Source of the DNA: Lepidodermella squamata
Lineage: Eukaryota > Animalia > Gastrotricha
Assembly (NCBI GenBank): GCA_047495785.1
Contig: JBLDXI010000042.1
Span: 1,178,001-1,242,000 of the forward strand
Length of the DNA: 64,000 nt
Direction of reading: 5' to 3'
Of this stretch, positions 13,351 through 24,750 are shown one piece after another. A model generated the notes under the pieces. It was not told the DNA's origin and ran no database searches. It saw only the letters and a program-made list of their open reading frames with translations. The position numbers were made by a program, and so were the translations under genes. Each line of letters starts with the position of its first letter. Positions within the stretch are counted from its first letter, which is position 1.

Positions 13351-13571
13351 TTGATGACGACGTAGTGGCTGTTTTTGAAGTAGTGGTTGCTGGTTGTTTC
13401 TCGATAGTTATAGAACCACCAGGGAAACTGCGAAAGAGCTACTTCGATCGCGTAGTAAAATTACTCAGCAGTTGCTCACATTCGAATTATCGTTCGACTG
13501 AGGCTCGCCGCGGCCAACACGACGCCAATTCTTGTACTCGGGTTTCCACCTCGCAGCAGGGATTCCCGCAC
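12960..13571 (-). pseudogene. Broken fragment of a Thr/Pro-rich mucin-like, possibly C-type-lectin-like gene
   Basis: Minus strand has a tttgcag acceptor, then ...WKPEYKNWRRVGRGEPQ, a gtgagc...ttttcgcag intron, a TTTTTPATTTSTTTTPTTTP tract, then Cys-containing ITPAEADGLC. Contains a frameshift and stops. Confidence 0.45.
13319..13350. repeat. (GTA)n microsatellite (poly-Thr on the minus strand)
   Basis: gtagtagta... run seen directly. Confidence 0.85.
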
Positions 13572-13624
13572 TGCAAAAAGCAACTCTATGATGGCAAACA
13601 TTAGATGAAAATAGCAGGAAAAAA

Positions 13625-13789
13625 CAGGGTGCGAATTACAGGGGTGCTGGGGTGTCGCGACACCCCTGCTCCAGGACTACACTCAGAGGAAGGCTGAAAA
13701 AACCACGGGGGGACCCTTTGGTTTCTTCGGCTGGGTCCTAGAAAACAAGTAAATAACATCTCAGCTCCCGGATCCTACTTCGCACACTG
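13625..13789. mobile_element. hAT-type MITE, 165 bp
   Basis: Imperfect TIRs cagggtgcgaattac / ctacttcgcacactg. 8-bp TSD GGAAAAAA at 13617-13624 and 13790-13797. Confidence 0.8.
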
Positions 13790-14249
13790 GGAAAAAAGTT
13801 AATAAAACACCTATAAAGACGAAGCTTATTGATGAAAGACGTTTCATTTTTCCAAAATGTATTATTTTTTAAATAAAATGCCAGCAAAACTAGTATTCGC
13901 GTGTTCCCAATTATTTAATTAATGGCGTTTTTTTAAATATCTTAAATTAGGCTCAAATTTCTCGAGAGAATCATTGTAACTAAGGAATTAGGAACTGATG
14001 GTTATTTTAAGCCGTCGAAACAAGCTTAAACGCGAAAGTGTACATTTGCAAATACGCATTAATGAACGCATTAATGATCAGGGTGACTTCATCTTTGAAA
14101 AATGTTTTGTCCTGTTCGATTGTTTGTCCTTTCCAGTTCAAATGATTGTCTTCGCTTCATTTGTCCATGGCGATGCGTGTCATTCTTCATTTCGAAAAAT
14201 ACGAGTCGGCATTCGATCTCATTAAATTCAGCCATTTGCATTCATTAAA

Positions 14250-16475
14250 ATGACTTCGTTTCCAATTCGATTAATCATTGCCGTGTTTGCAGGTCTCATC
14301 ATAGCAGCCTATTTTTCTTCAAATCTAAATATTATAATCTTCGATGCAAACCGTCTCAACGATTCACCCAATGCATCGCAAATTTACGGCCACATTTTGA
14401 AATCGCCATTCAGCTCTGTCTACGGCCAGTTTTATGACTTGTCAATTCGAAATTCCGGCGATGTTTCTAAACTCAAGTCCGCTTTCTCCCGGATTGTTTC
14501 GTCACTAAATACAACTGCGAAGCGGAAAACGTTGAACATCGCTTTGGTTGGCGAATCTATATCGGTACCTCACGGCGTCCTCAAGGTTTACCTTTTTTCA
14601 AATTTAAAATCCTATTTGTGACGGATATTATTCCTTGCGTAGAATCAAACTGCTTATCACCTGTTTTGCCAATGGTTGAACGTTTCCTTGAGTATGGCGT
14701 ATGGCGCGGAAGTTCATTGTCAAAACTGGGCGGCTGCAGCAACTCCAAAGTTAGCTTCTTATTTCTAGACCTAAATTTGTAACTGAATAATTCTTTTGAT
14801 TGTTTAGTTTGTTTTACGCCTACTGCCATCAGGAATTGTTCGATGTGTCAAATTTTGACTTGGTCATCGTTCAAGAATCACTCAATTGGGACCAGTTGCG
14901 CAACAACCCGAAGGCTAGACACGTTGATTTGCTGATAAAATCCTTACGCCATCGCAATCCGCTTGTTCAAATACTGCTGCTAGATTTTCCGGACACTAGG
15001 AAATTGTTTTTCCCAAAGAAATACTACCCGGCCGTTAATTATGACTCGAATTTGGAAGCTGCGGTAGAGCTGGATGTTCCATTGATTGGGATGGCCGGAA
15101 TTTTGACAAATAAGGACGAATGGTGGCGATTTTTGGAGGCAAAGAGCAAACAAGAAATTTCAGGTACAGCGCTGCTTAACAAAAACCAAAATGTGAACCC
15201 ACCTTTAGCGGTAGGCTGCGATCTTGGAATTGCCGGGGTTGGAAAACATTTTTTGCTGTATTCGCCAAAATGACTTGTGATTTCAACCAAAAAACGAGGG
15301 ATGCGAGCAAATTTTGAAGATTCCCACTAAACATTGGGAGCTCTAAAACGCTCTGAAAAATTGACCAAACATTGGGCTAAATTTTATTTTCTTGTCCGGT
15401 CTGACCAAGCGGGGGAATGATCCCAAAATGCTTTATCGGTTTCACTTTGAAAAGGAATTTCAGACTTTGAACAGAGATCAAGCCAGTCCGAGAAGCAGGA
15501 TCCTCAAACTAGCGGGTATTTACGGGGCAAAGAAACCTTATGACCAAAGGGGTCCCCAGTGTGGATTTTTGGGGATTTTCCACTTCGGCCATGGGTTAAG
15601 ATACCCCCACATTCCCCCCTACCACCGTAATTCGTGCTCTGGATTAAGCCAGTGCGCGAAGCAGAATCCTCACACTAGTGGGCATTTTCGGGCCCCAATT
15701 TTATGACGAAAAGGATCTCTCTGTGGGTTTTTGGCGGATTTTCCACTTTGGCCTGCCGAACTGGGGGTACGATACCCCTCATTCCCGTACTTAGCGCCCT
15801 GGATTAAGCTTTTTTCTTTATTTTGCAGAATTTTATGTCTCCAGTATCGATAAGTTTCACCCCGGCGTTCGAACTCACTCGATGATAGCAGAGTTCTTGG
15901 TGAGCTTTCTCAAAAAATCACTTGTCCAAAGAAGAAAATCTGGCAATACGAAGTCGCGATTGTCTGCCGTCCGAGCCGACTGTTTTCTCAACTATAAATT
16001 TAACGAGGGCAAGCTAAGTCGGAAGTTGGAACCTAGGCGGCAGGAATTATCAACAGGCACTGGCGTCAATGAATGGTTAATTGCGCACAGAATTCCTCAC
16101 AAATATCCGACATATTGGCTGTTGGCGAATTTCACCGAGCGGATAATCAATTGTTGCCCTACCGGCGACGAATGCTGCTACCTACCCCGTTTCGCTGTTT
16201 CGCAACGCGTTCCGGCTGATCTGATGAATCGCGATATCAACTTAACGATTTCGGGCAACCTAACGCTGGAGAACGGGGCGAGCTTCAATTTGTTTCACTC
16301 GATTCCTGTTAACGGCATGAATCATTATGTCTCCGCTCCGCCTGAAGAAACACGCCTGAAAGTGCCCTGCTCTTCGGCAGAAGGTTATTCGATAACTCGG
16401 GCTGAAATTACTATAACGAATGAAGCTAATAATTTCATTGATTTGTATAGTATTATTGCTCTGTATGAATGCTAG
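14250..16475 (+). CDS. SGNH-4: type II membrane SGNH-fold protein, ~481 aa; exons 14250-14585, 14643-14749, 14808-15163, 15829-16475
   Basis: TM anchor; ALVGESIS, QNWAAAAT, QESLNWD, DKFHPG, CCPTGDECCYLPRF. Same intron positions as SGNH-2; intron 3 is enlarged by insertions. Confidence 0.85.
15484..15801. mobile_element. Two tandem hAT-type MITEs (15484-15641 and 15650-15801) in intron 3 of SGNH-4, same family as 13625-13789
   Basis: Both start cagtxcgxgaagca and end ...ctg. The 8-mer gat(c/t)aagc occurs at 15476, 15642 and 15802. The internal ccaaagggtcccc..gtgg motif is shared, inverted, with the 13625 element. Confidence 0.75.
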
Positions 16476-16689
16476 TAAACAATATGATGAGTTATCCCAA
16501 TAATGAATTCGAATAATGAATCCTTATATTGTTCACGTGAGCATTTGTGAATGGGCTGTATTCCTTCTAACAACACAATGAAAGCCGCCACGCACGCACC
16601 GGTTAGTACATTTAGGATTACCCAATTGTTAAACACACTACAATTCATAACAATTTGAATCTACAACTAGAGCGCTCGTTTGAGATATA

Positions 16690-18381
16690 ATGGGAAATGC
16701 TGCCAACTTTGTTAAGCTTGTTCTCGCAACTTTGCTATCGTTCCTAGCCCTCTATGTCTCAACAGATCATTACTGTTCGAAATCTCTCTACGCTCAACTG
16801 CATCGATATGAAGCAACGTCGATGTTATTGAAAAGTTGGAAGTTACACGTTTTGGATAAGGGAGAATTATTCGAACCTGGCGACGAGGGTGCTTTATTCT
16901 ACTTCACGCTTTCCGAACTCGAAAGATCAGCTATCACGCGGAGGGAAGCTTACGAGTACCTCAGACACGCTTGGCTAGTAGCAGACAAGGCTCGCGAAGA
17001 AAGACTGACCCCGTCGATAGATCTCGCCCTTTTGCTCGATTTCTACCAATCAATAGCTGCTACAATAGGAAGGAATAAAGCAGCTTCGATAATAAGCGAA
17101 CACGCGTTGACTTTGCCAGAAATATCGGACAATCAAGATAGCCGTGATATTTTCCTGAAATCGGCCCTAATCAACAACTTCAAACTTCTTCACGAGCGGG
17201 ACAAATTGAACGAATGGAAATTACCGGAATTTAGACTGGGCGATGAGCTTGCGATTCAGCAAATAGGTCTTGATTTCTTGAAAGCTGGTTATGACCTTCA
17301 AGCCTTTCAGTTATTAATCGAGGCTCTCAGATTCCACGACCTAGCTTCAAGGAAAGGAATTGCGCCACGCGTTATTGAAATAGAAATACTGAACCCTTTA
17401 TACAAAGCTCTCACATCTCTTGGAAAAGTACAGGAAGCTCTTGAAATCTGTGAAAGGGCTATGAAAAGCCCTGAAATCGATAGGAAGACCTACCGATTGT
17501 ACGAGGATCGGTCGAAAAGATTGAAAAAGCTCATGAACCTTTCTGTTATGGACTACCTTCAGGTAAGGTGTAAGGTCGATTTTCTCTCTCTATTTCTATG
17601 TTTCAATCACTACTTTCAGAAAGAAGGTGAACATTTTGACCGGTCAAATTTGTGGGAGCAAGAAATCATAGCTAGGAAACTGGCTACAGCGCCCCAATAT
17701 GAGATGTGCGGCAACCAGGAAATTACAAAGCGAACGAGCCAGGATCCGAATCTTGTCTGCCGCTACGAGAATCGAGGAAGAAATCCGTTATTGACCTTTG
17801 CACCGGTTATGGAAGAGATTTTACAACACAGCCCTCCTGTGATACTCCTCCACGACCTAGTTCGGAGGAAAGACCGGGATGCATTGATCAAACAAGCTAA
17901 AAAGGAAGGTTTTGAAAATTCTGGGCAAAACTATTCGATTCGAAGGTCGAGTATTGCTTCGGTTGCATCGAAGCACGTCATAAAGCTTAATCGCTACGTC
18001 GAAGCTGCAGTTGGGATGTCAGTTGAAGGTAGCGAGGAGTTTCAAATCGAAAAATTCGGACTTGGTGGTCATCACTCGTGGCATAACGATTTTTTGGGAG
18101 ATGGAGCTAACCCAGAGGCTGGAGATCGATTTGCTACTTTGCTGATATATCTGAATAAAGCTCGCGAGGGCGGTGTAACGATTTTCAAAGATTTCAAACT
18201 CCGTATCGAGCCCGAAGATGGAGCTGGTCTACTTTGGTTCAACTTGCAAGACAATGAAAGCGGGGATGTGAGGACAAACCATGCAAGCTGCCCTGTTGTT
18301 AAGGGAGAACAATGGGTTGCGAATAAATGGATCCACATTCGGAGTCAATTTCATCTCAAGCCCTGCACCAAAATATCCTAG
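16690..18381 (+). CDS. P4HA: P4H-2: divergent P4HA-like, ~544 aa; exons 16690-17562 and 17620-18381 (57-bp in-frame intron)
   Basis: HSWHND (HxD) and HASCPVVKGEQWVANKW. cag|gtaagg...tttcag intron at the same linker position as in the paralogs. Two GDE-initiated TPR-like modules. Confidence 0.85.
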   Translation: MGNAANFVKLVLATLLSFLALYVSTDHYCSKSLYAQLHRYEATSMLLKSWKLHVLDKGELFEPGDEGALFYFTLSELERSAITRREAYEYLRHAWLVADKAREERLTPSIDLALLLDFYQSIAATIGRNKAASIISEHALTLPEISDNQDSRDIFLKSALINNFKLLHERDKLNEWKLPEFRLGDELAIQQIGLDFLKAGYDLQAFQLLIEALRFHDLASRKGIAPRVIEIEILNPLYKALTSLGKVQEALEICERAMKSPEIDRKTYRLYEDRSKRLKKLMNLSVMDYLQVRCKVDFLSLFLCFNHYFQKEGEHFDRSNLWEQEIIARKLATAPQYEMCGNQEITKRTSQDPNLVCRYENRGRNPLLTFAPVMEEILQHSPPVILLHDLVRRKDRDALIKQAKKEGFENSGQNYSIRRSSIASVASKHVIKLNRYVEAAVGMSVEGSEEFQIEKFGLGGHHSWHNDFLGDGANPEAGDRFATLLIYLNKAREGGVTIFKDFKLRIEPEDGAGLLWFNLQDNESGDVRTNHASCPVVKGEQWVANKWIHIRSQFHLKPCTKIS

Positions 18382-18657
18382 ATGAACATTGAATAAAATC
18401 GCAACAAACTGAGCTCGGAGTATATTTTTCTTCTCTTTGTATCAAACATCCTCATTTTCAAAAAACGCCACCCATTTAAATCCGGAAAACATATTTATTT
18501 GCACACACGGAATTAGGTTTTACACCACGCAATACATTTCATATAGAACGAAATTGTACTGAGGTGTTCTTATTAATCCGCTTTTATTCACGCGTCGCAG
18601 CACTTGAGAAATGTTTGTTAAACGTAATTTTGCCGCTACGTCTCAGCTAACCACACA

Positions 18658-20502
18658 ATGGCCAAAAAGCTATTCAAAATTTGCCTCCTTCTCACCGCCA
18701 GCTATGTCGCCCTGGAGTCTACAACAAATTACGGGTATTTCTTGCGGAAATATGTCTACGGCCAGCTGCATCGCTTCCGGGTTACGAGCGAAGTTTTGAA
18801 AGCTTTAAAGCTTCATATTTTACAACGGAGCCCGAATTACGAACTAGGCGATGAGGGGGCTATATTCTTCGAGGCCTATCGCCGAATCAATAGCGCTACA
18901 GCTACCGAAACCTTCAAACAATCAAGGAAACTTCTTAATTCAGCTATTGAGATTTACGAGAAAACGAAATCTGCCGCGATAGTTCCGACAGTCAATTTAT
19001 GGACTATTTACGATTTCCTGCAATTTTCGGCTTTAAAATCTGGCGATCAACTAGAGGCGCTTCGAATATGTAAAAAGGCCCTTAATTCCCTGGAGATCTC
19101 TCGTAATTATTTCCTGAGAGGCTTTTTCATAACAAGAGCCCTCAATGCGGAAAACGAAGATTTTCTAAAGCGGAATTCAAATGTGGACGCGAGTACAGAT
19201 CGGAAAATGCCGGCTTTGGACCTAATCCCAGGGGATGAAGTTGCGCTAATGAACTCGGCTGATGATTTCAGGCAGGCGAACCACCTGAGATACGCTTTTA
19301 ACCTGCTCATCGAAGCTTGGCGCATTCATAACGAGACGAAAAAGTTTGGGAATGAAGTCCCGGCTCAGATCGAGCAGCAGATACTGGAGAAACTTCATCA
19401 CTCAGCTAGGTCAATGGGACAATACTCCTTAGCGCTATCCTATGTTCAGATGTTGCTTCAAAGGACCGATTTAACAGAGGAAAGGCGGGAAAATTACGAA
19501 AATTTCGAGCGATTCTACAGAGAACAGGCCGTTTTGGAAGAAATTGGGGTAAAATTTGCTTAGTCTGCGAATTATTCAAAATTTGTCCGAAACTAGGTCA
19601 AAGGCGTTAAATTGGACACAGCACCCGCTGAAGAACAGCTGGAAACCGCGAAAACTCTGGAAAGCATCCGGCAATACGACCCTTGCCGCGATGAACATGC
19701 CTCGAAACGACTGGCCGAGATTACGAAATCTCCAAAATTGTTCTGCCGGTATCACAACAGAGGCAGACACCCTCTTTTGGTATTATCGCCGGTGAAAGAG
19801 GAGATTTTGAGCCTTCATCCTATTGTTGTAGTATTTCATGATTTGATAAAGAATTCTAGTATCGAGAAGTTGAAAGCTCATGCCGGGTATCGACTGAGCC
19901 AAGCAGCGACTATCGACCACTCAACACGTGGTCATCAAGTGAAGTACAACGAAAGACGGTCAAGGATAGCCTGGGCCCCATCTCATGAGGTTAAAACCTT
20001 CACGACATACCTTGAGGCTGTAATAGGAATGGATCCTAAAGATGGCGATTCATGTGAGGAGTATCAAGTTAACAAGTACGGAATTGGCGGCCACTATGGC
20101 CCTCATCCTGATTTCACCGAGCCATCTGTGGACCCGACTACCGGTGATCGGATTGCGACGTTACTGCTCTACCTTAACAAACCTGAGGAAGGGGGCGGGA
20201 CTGTTTTTACAACGCTCAACTTTCGCGTTATGCCTGAGATTGGCTCTGGCTTGTTCTGGTACAACATGTACCGCAATGAGACGGCCGATTACCGGACTTA
20301 CCATGCAGGGTGTCCAGTGCTTAGGGGCGAAAAATGGGTCGTCAACAAGTGGTTCCGTTTCAGGGGTCAGTACACCCATAAACCATGCGGGAGGACATCT
20401 GATATGAATTTCAAATTATCGGACTTTATTGTGCCGAAGTATTTGAGGCTACGGCCAGTAGATTATGTGAAGCCTGGCCATGTTAATTATGGATGGAGGT
20501 GA
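18658..20502 (+). CDS. P4HA: P4H-3: P4HA-like, ~598 aa; exons 18658-19548 and 19597-20502
   Basis: HYGPHPD and HAGCPVLRGEKWVVNKW; signal anchor plus two TPR-like modules; 48-bp intron. Confidence 0.9.
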
Positions 20503-20582
20503 GAGAAACCAATAAAATCGATAGCTTTGCCACTATTTGTGCGTGTTTACCTCAAACTGAAGGCCAGTAGCGGTTATTATAA

Positions 20583-22542
20583 ATGAGAGCGACCATATTC
20601 GTCTATACTCTCTCTTTGGTTTCGGTTTTCTACGCTTTCGCAAAATTCACTGTCCATGGTAATGAGCTTTGGAGGACAGTTTACGCTCGGCTTCATCAGA
20701 ATCGATATACAGCGAAGGCTCTATCTCTATTTAAAGCTAATATCAGAGATAAGGCTCCATTCTACCAGCCGGGTGATGAAGAGATAATGTTCATCGAAGC
20801 ACATCGGCTAATCAACGAGGAATTTCAAGTTCCTGAAGGCTGTAGGCTGATGAATGAAACTTGGCGAGTCTACAACGTCTCCAAACATCAAAATTCAACG
20901 TCTCTGATAAGCCTTTTCGACATTTTGAATGCTCTACATCAATGCCTGGATAGGATGGGGCTGACAGAGAAAGCACGCAGAGTTTGCAAAGCGGCTCTAA
21001 GCCTCCAGGAGCTAGCTGGTTATCGAGAGAACTTTGTTAAGCTGGTTATATCGTATTCTGCGAATATTTTCCTCCGCGAGAACAACGGCAATTTTACCTT
21101 ATTGGCGAATTTCACTCCACCATTTGACGATATCGGCATTAGGCCGGGTGATGAGCTTGCTATCCATGACGTAGCTTATACTTATCATGTGCATTGCCCA
21201 GAATATTCGCTGAAACTCATGAATTTGTCGTTGGAGCTTCTGAATCAGATGAAATCCCTCGAACTCGAACCGACTATCGACGAATTCGTGATTTACAACA
21301 ACATATTCAACATTCAAGGCAACAGAATGGTTAATCACGCTGCAGCTTACGATCTGATCAGTTCATTGCTCGAAAGAAATGATTTGAATGCTAGCATTAG
21401 AGAAGACTATGAAAAACGGAAAAGTAAGTACCGTGCTGAGGCAGCATTGGAATTCTACCATGTAAGTTTATTGACGAACCCTACTTTGAATAAATTAATT
21501 CTTATTTTAAGGTCCACAAACTCACGATCGAGAATAAGCCTATCGAGGAACAACTGGCGAAAGCTAAGGAGCTTGAAGTTACCGAATACTTTTCCTTATG
21601 CTCTGGCCAGTCTATAATACCCGATCTTCATAAAAACCAGTCCTTGTTTTGCCACTATGACGATCGTGATCGGCATCCTCTTCTGATTCTCGCTCCGATT
21701 AGGGAGGAAATATTGAGCATTGACCCAGTAGTCGTCATCATTCACGATTTGGTTAAGGATGCAACCATCGATAAATTAATTCAGCTAGCGAAGACCCAGC
21801 TACAGGAGGCAGAGGTTGTGAAAACTATATTCTCTCACACTGGAAATAAGGGACGAAACTCGAAGAATGCTTGGATTTCCTCCGACCTATTCCCCGAGCT
21901 AACAAGGTATATCGGTGCCGCCGTTGGGCTTGAAGCAACCTCAAGCGAGGAATATCAGGTTGGTACATACCTTAGACACAATCCGCAAGTCATAAAACTA
22001 TATACAGGCTCACGAATACACCTGAGTTCATACCTTAGACACAATTGAATCCAAAACTCTCATTATTGGGAACATAATTACATAGCTTAGACAAATATTG
22101 CTTCTTTTTTCAGATGAACCGATACGGTATTGGTGGCCACTACGCACCACATTTCGACTTCTTTTCTCCTAATTTTGACTTTGTCAATGGCGACCGAATA
22201 GCAACACTGCTGATTTACTTCAACGACGTGGAGGAAGGTGGAGGGACTATTTTCCCTGAACTTAAGCTTCGCGCAATGCCCGAGAAAGGAAGCGGCTTAT
22301 TCTGGTACAACTTGCATCGCAATGAAATCCCTGATATCCGAACTGTTCACGCTGGTTGCCCGGTAATTCGAGGCGAGAAATGGGTCTCAAATAAATGGTA
22401 TAGATTTCGAGGCCAGTTGCATCACAAGCCATGCGGAACATCGAAAAATGACCCTTTCACAATACAAGATTTCAAATCACCCGAATGGCTGAAATGGGGC
22501 CATTTGCCAGCTAAATGCCTTGATATAGCGTCGAAATGTTGA
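20583..22542 (+). CDS. P4HA: P4H-4: P4HA-like, ~584 aa; exons 20583-21461, 21512-21958, 22114-22542
   Basis: HYAPHFD and HAGCPVIRGEKWVSNKW; two phase-0 GT-AG introns restore the frame. Confidence 0.9.
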
Positions 22543-22770
22543 AAATAAAAAAAGTGAACAACAGTCCAAAACTGGGCACAATTCGCGTGGGTATCGAGTA
22601 TTGTAGTTGTTGATGCTTCATTGACGACGTGTAAAAGCTCTTCTTCTATTGTTGACTTCATTATCAACAAAAGACACTTTGTGTATGTGTGTGTGTAGCG
22701 AATAATTGAAAAGAGCCACGTAGTTCACTTCGTCAAAAAACACCGGCTCTTTTTCGTTTCGCAGGTGACC

Positions 22771-24750
22771 ATGCGAAAAATCGTAAAATTCCTGATTTTC
22801 CTGGTCACGGTCTACCTAACATGGAAGTACACGATGATAGGCCGATTTTGTGGCAAGTATATCAATGCCCAGATGCATCGGCACCCAGCGACTGTCAAGC
22901 TGTTACACGCGTTCAAAGCCCACGTTCACAGAAGACGGCCTAATTTCGAGTTGGGAGATGAAGGGGCCTTGTTCTACGACGCTTTTCGCCTCTCAACTCT
23001 GTTATCCGACCACAAAACCGCCCACCCGCAATTCCTGGAGGCATGGCGTGTGTTCAACCAAACTCGAGATGCTGGGATGATAAATACAGTCTCATTATGG
23101 GCGATCTACGACTTTATCCAGCATACGGCTGGGAAGATAGGGAATCACTCTGAGGCGGTCGAAATTTGCCGAATGGCTCTTGAGAATCCGGACTGGGCCA
23201 ACGACAGAGCTATGCGAGATTTTTTCATGATCAGAGCTTTCATAGCCGATGCTGCCCGTGATACTAATCAAACGATGGAAAAAATTGATTTAGGACTCCT
23301 GCCCGGTGACGAGAAAGCTACATTAGAAGCAATGCCGACCTTCCTTCAATATGGAAACGGGAGATACGCGTTCTTTCTCGCGCGAGAAGCTTGGCGGCTC
23401 TACAACGAAACGGTGAAGCTTGGCAAGCAGTCTGAGGTGAAACTTGAGGTTATTTTCGAGGAGATGCTCAAGTTTGGCGGAGCTGCGGACGCGGCCGAAC
23501 TATCTGCTATGACAGAGCTGATACCGAAGCTTGGATTTAGTGCGGAAAAACAGGAGATGATGCTGAAAGCGGTGAAACAAGCTGAGAGAAACAGATATTT
23601 GGATGTTCTCGGGGTTAGCTTTTGAATCGTTTCAAATTTTTAGGAAATTTTACGAATTTTTTTCAAATGCAACATTTGAAAAATTGAAAAGTGTTCTTAT
23701 TTTCTTCAGAAATTTTAAAATTTCAATTTTAATTCAGAATTTATTTTGGAAAAATTAGAAGCTTTCTTAACATTTTCTGAATTTGTAAATTTTTCTGTAT
23801 TTTTTAAGAAAACTGGTGCGACTTTGGATACTGCGCCTGTGGAGGTGCAAATCACGAAAGCTAAAGAGCTCGCTAACATAACCGACTACAACTTTTGCGG
23901 TGGCGAGGGAGAGAAGAATCTTTTGCGCCTTCACGAAAATCCAAAGCTGTTCTGCCGTTACACGAACCGCGCTCGCCATCCTTTGCTCATGTATTCTCCA
24001 GTTAAGGAGGAAGTCATCAACTACGACCCACTTGCGATAGTTATTCACGATCTCGTTAGGCCGAAAACTGCTAAGAAATTGGTGGACCTCGCCCATCCGA
24101 AATTGATGGCTGCGACTACGATTACTGGTAGTAGCAAGTACTCGGAACGGCGGTCACGTCACGCTTGGATCGAATCGGATTATTTCCCTTATTTTACGAA
24201 ATTCATCGAAGCAGTATTCGGCCTGGATGCGACTGATCACTACGCTTGCGAGCAATATCAGGTAGGTCGAATTTTCCTAAGCTGAAATTCGTTATTTTCT
24301 GAGGTTCCCCAGGTTAACAAGTATGGAATCGGAGGGCATTACATTACGCATCCTGACTACATTCCAGGGGGTGTACATCCCTACCACGGCGACCGAATTG
24401 CTACCCTCCTCCTCTACTTCAATGACGTTGAAGAGGGCGGTGGGACGGTTTTCCCCCACCTCCGTATTCGAATGACCCCAGAAGCTGGTGCTGGGTTGTT
24501 TTGGTTCAATTTCCTTCGCAACGAGACAGAAGACCCGCGGACGTACCACGCAGCTTGCCCGTTGATAAAGGGTGAGAAATGGGTGGCGAACAAGTGGTTC
24601 CGTTGGAGGGGCCAGTTTCACCATAAAACGTGCGGACGGACTGCTGAACAGAAGTGGTCACTTCGTGATCTGAACTCGCCTGAATGGATCAAGTATAAGC
24701 CGCTGAACTACAAATACCCTGGACTACTACCGCCGGTTTTACAATATTGA
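22771..24750 (+). CDS. P4HA: P4H-5: P4HA-like, ~577 aa; exons 22771-23613, 23809-24261, 24313-24750
   Basis: HYITHPD and HAACPLIKGEKWVANKW; signal anchor plus two TPR-like modules. Confidence 0.9.

Noticed and set aside
16690-18381. 563-aa ORF as an intronless gene
   Set aside because: 17563-17619 is a 57-bp GT-AG segment at the exact intron position of five paralogs and encodes an out-of-place hydrophobic stretch.
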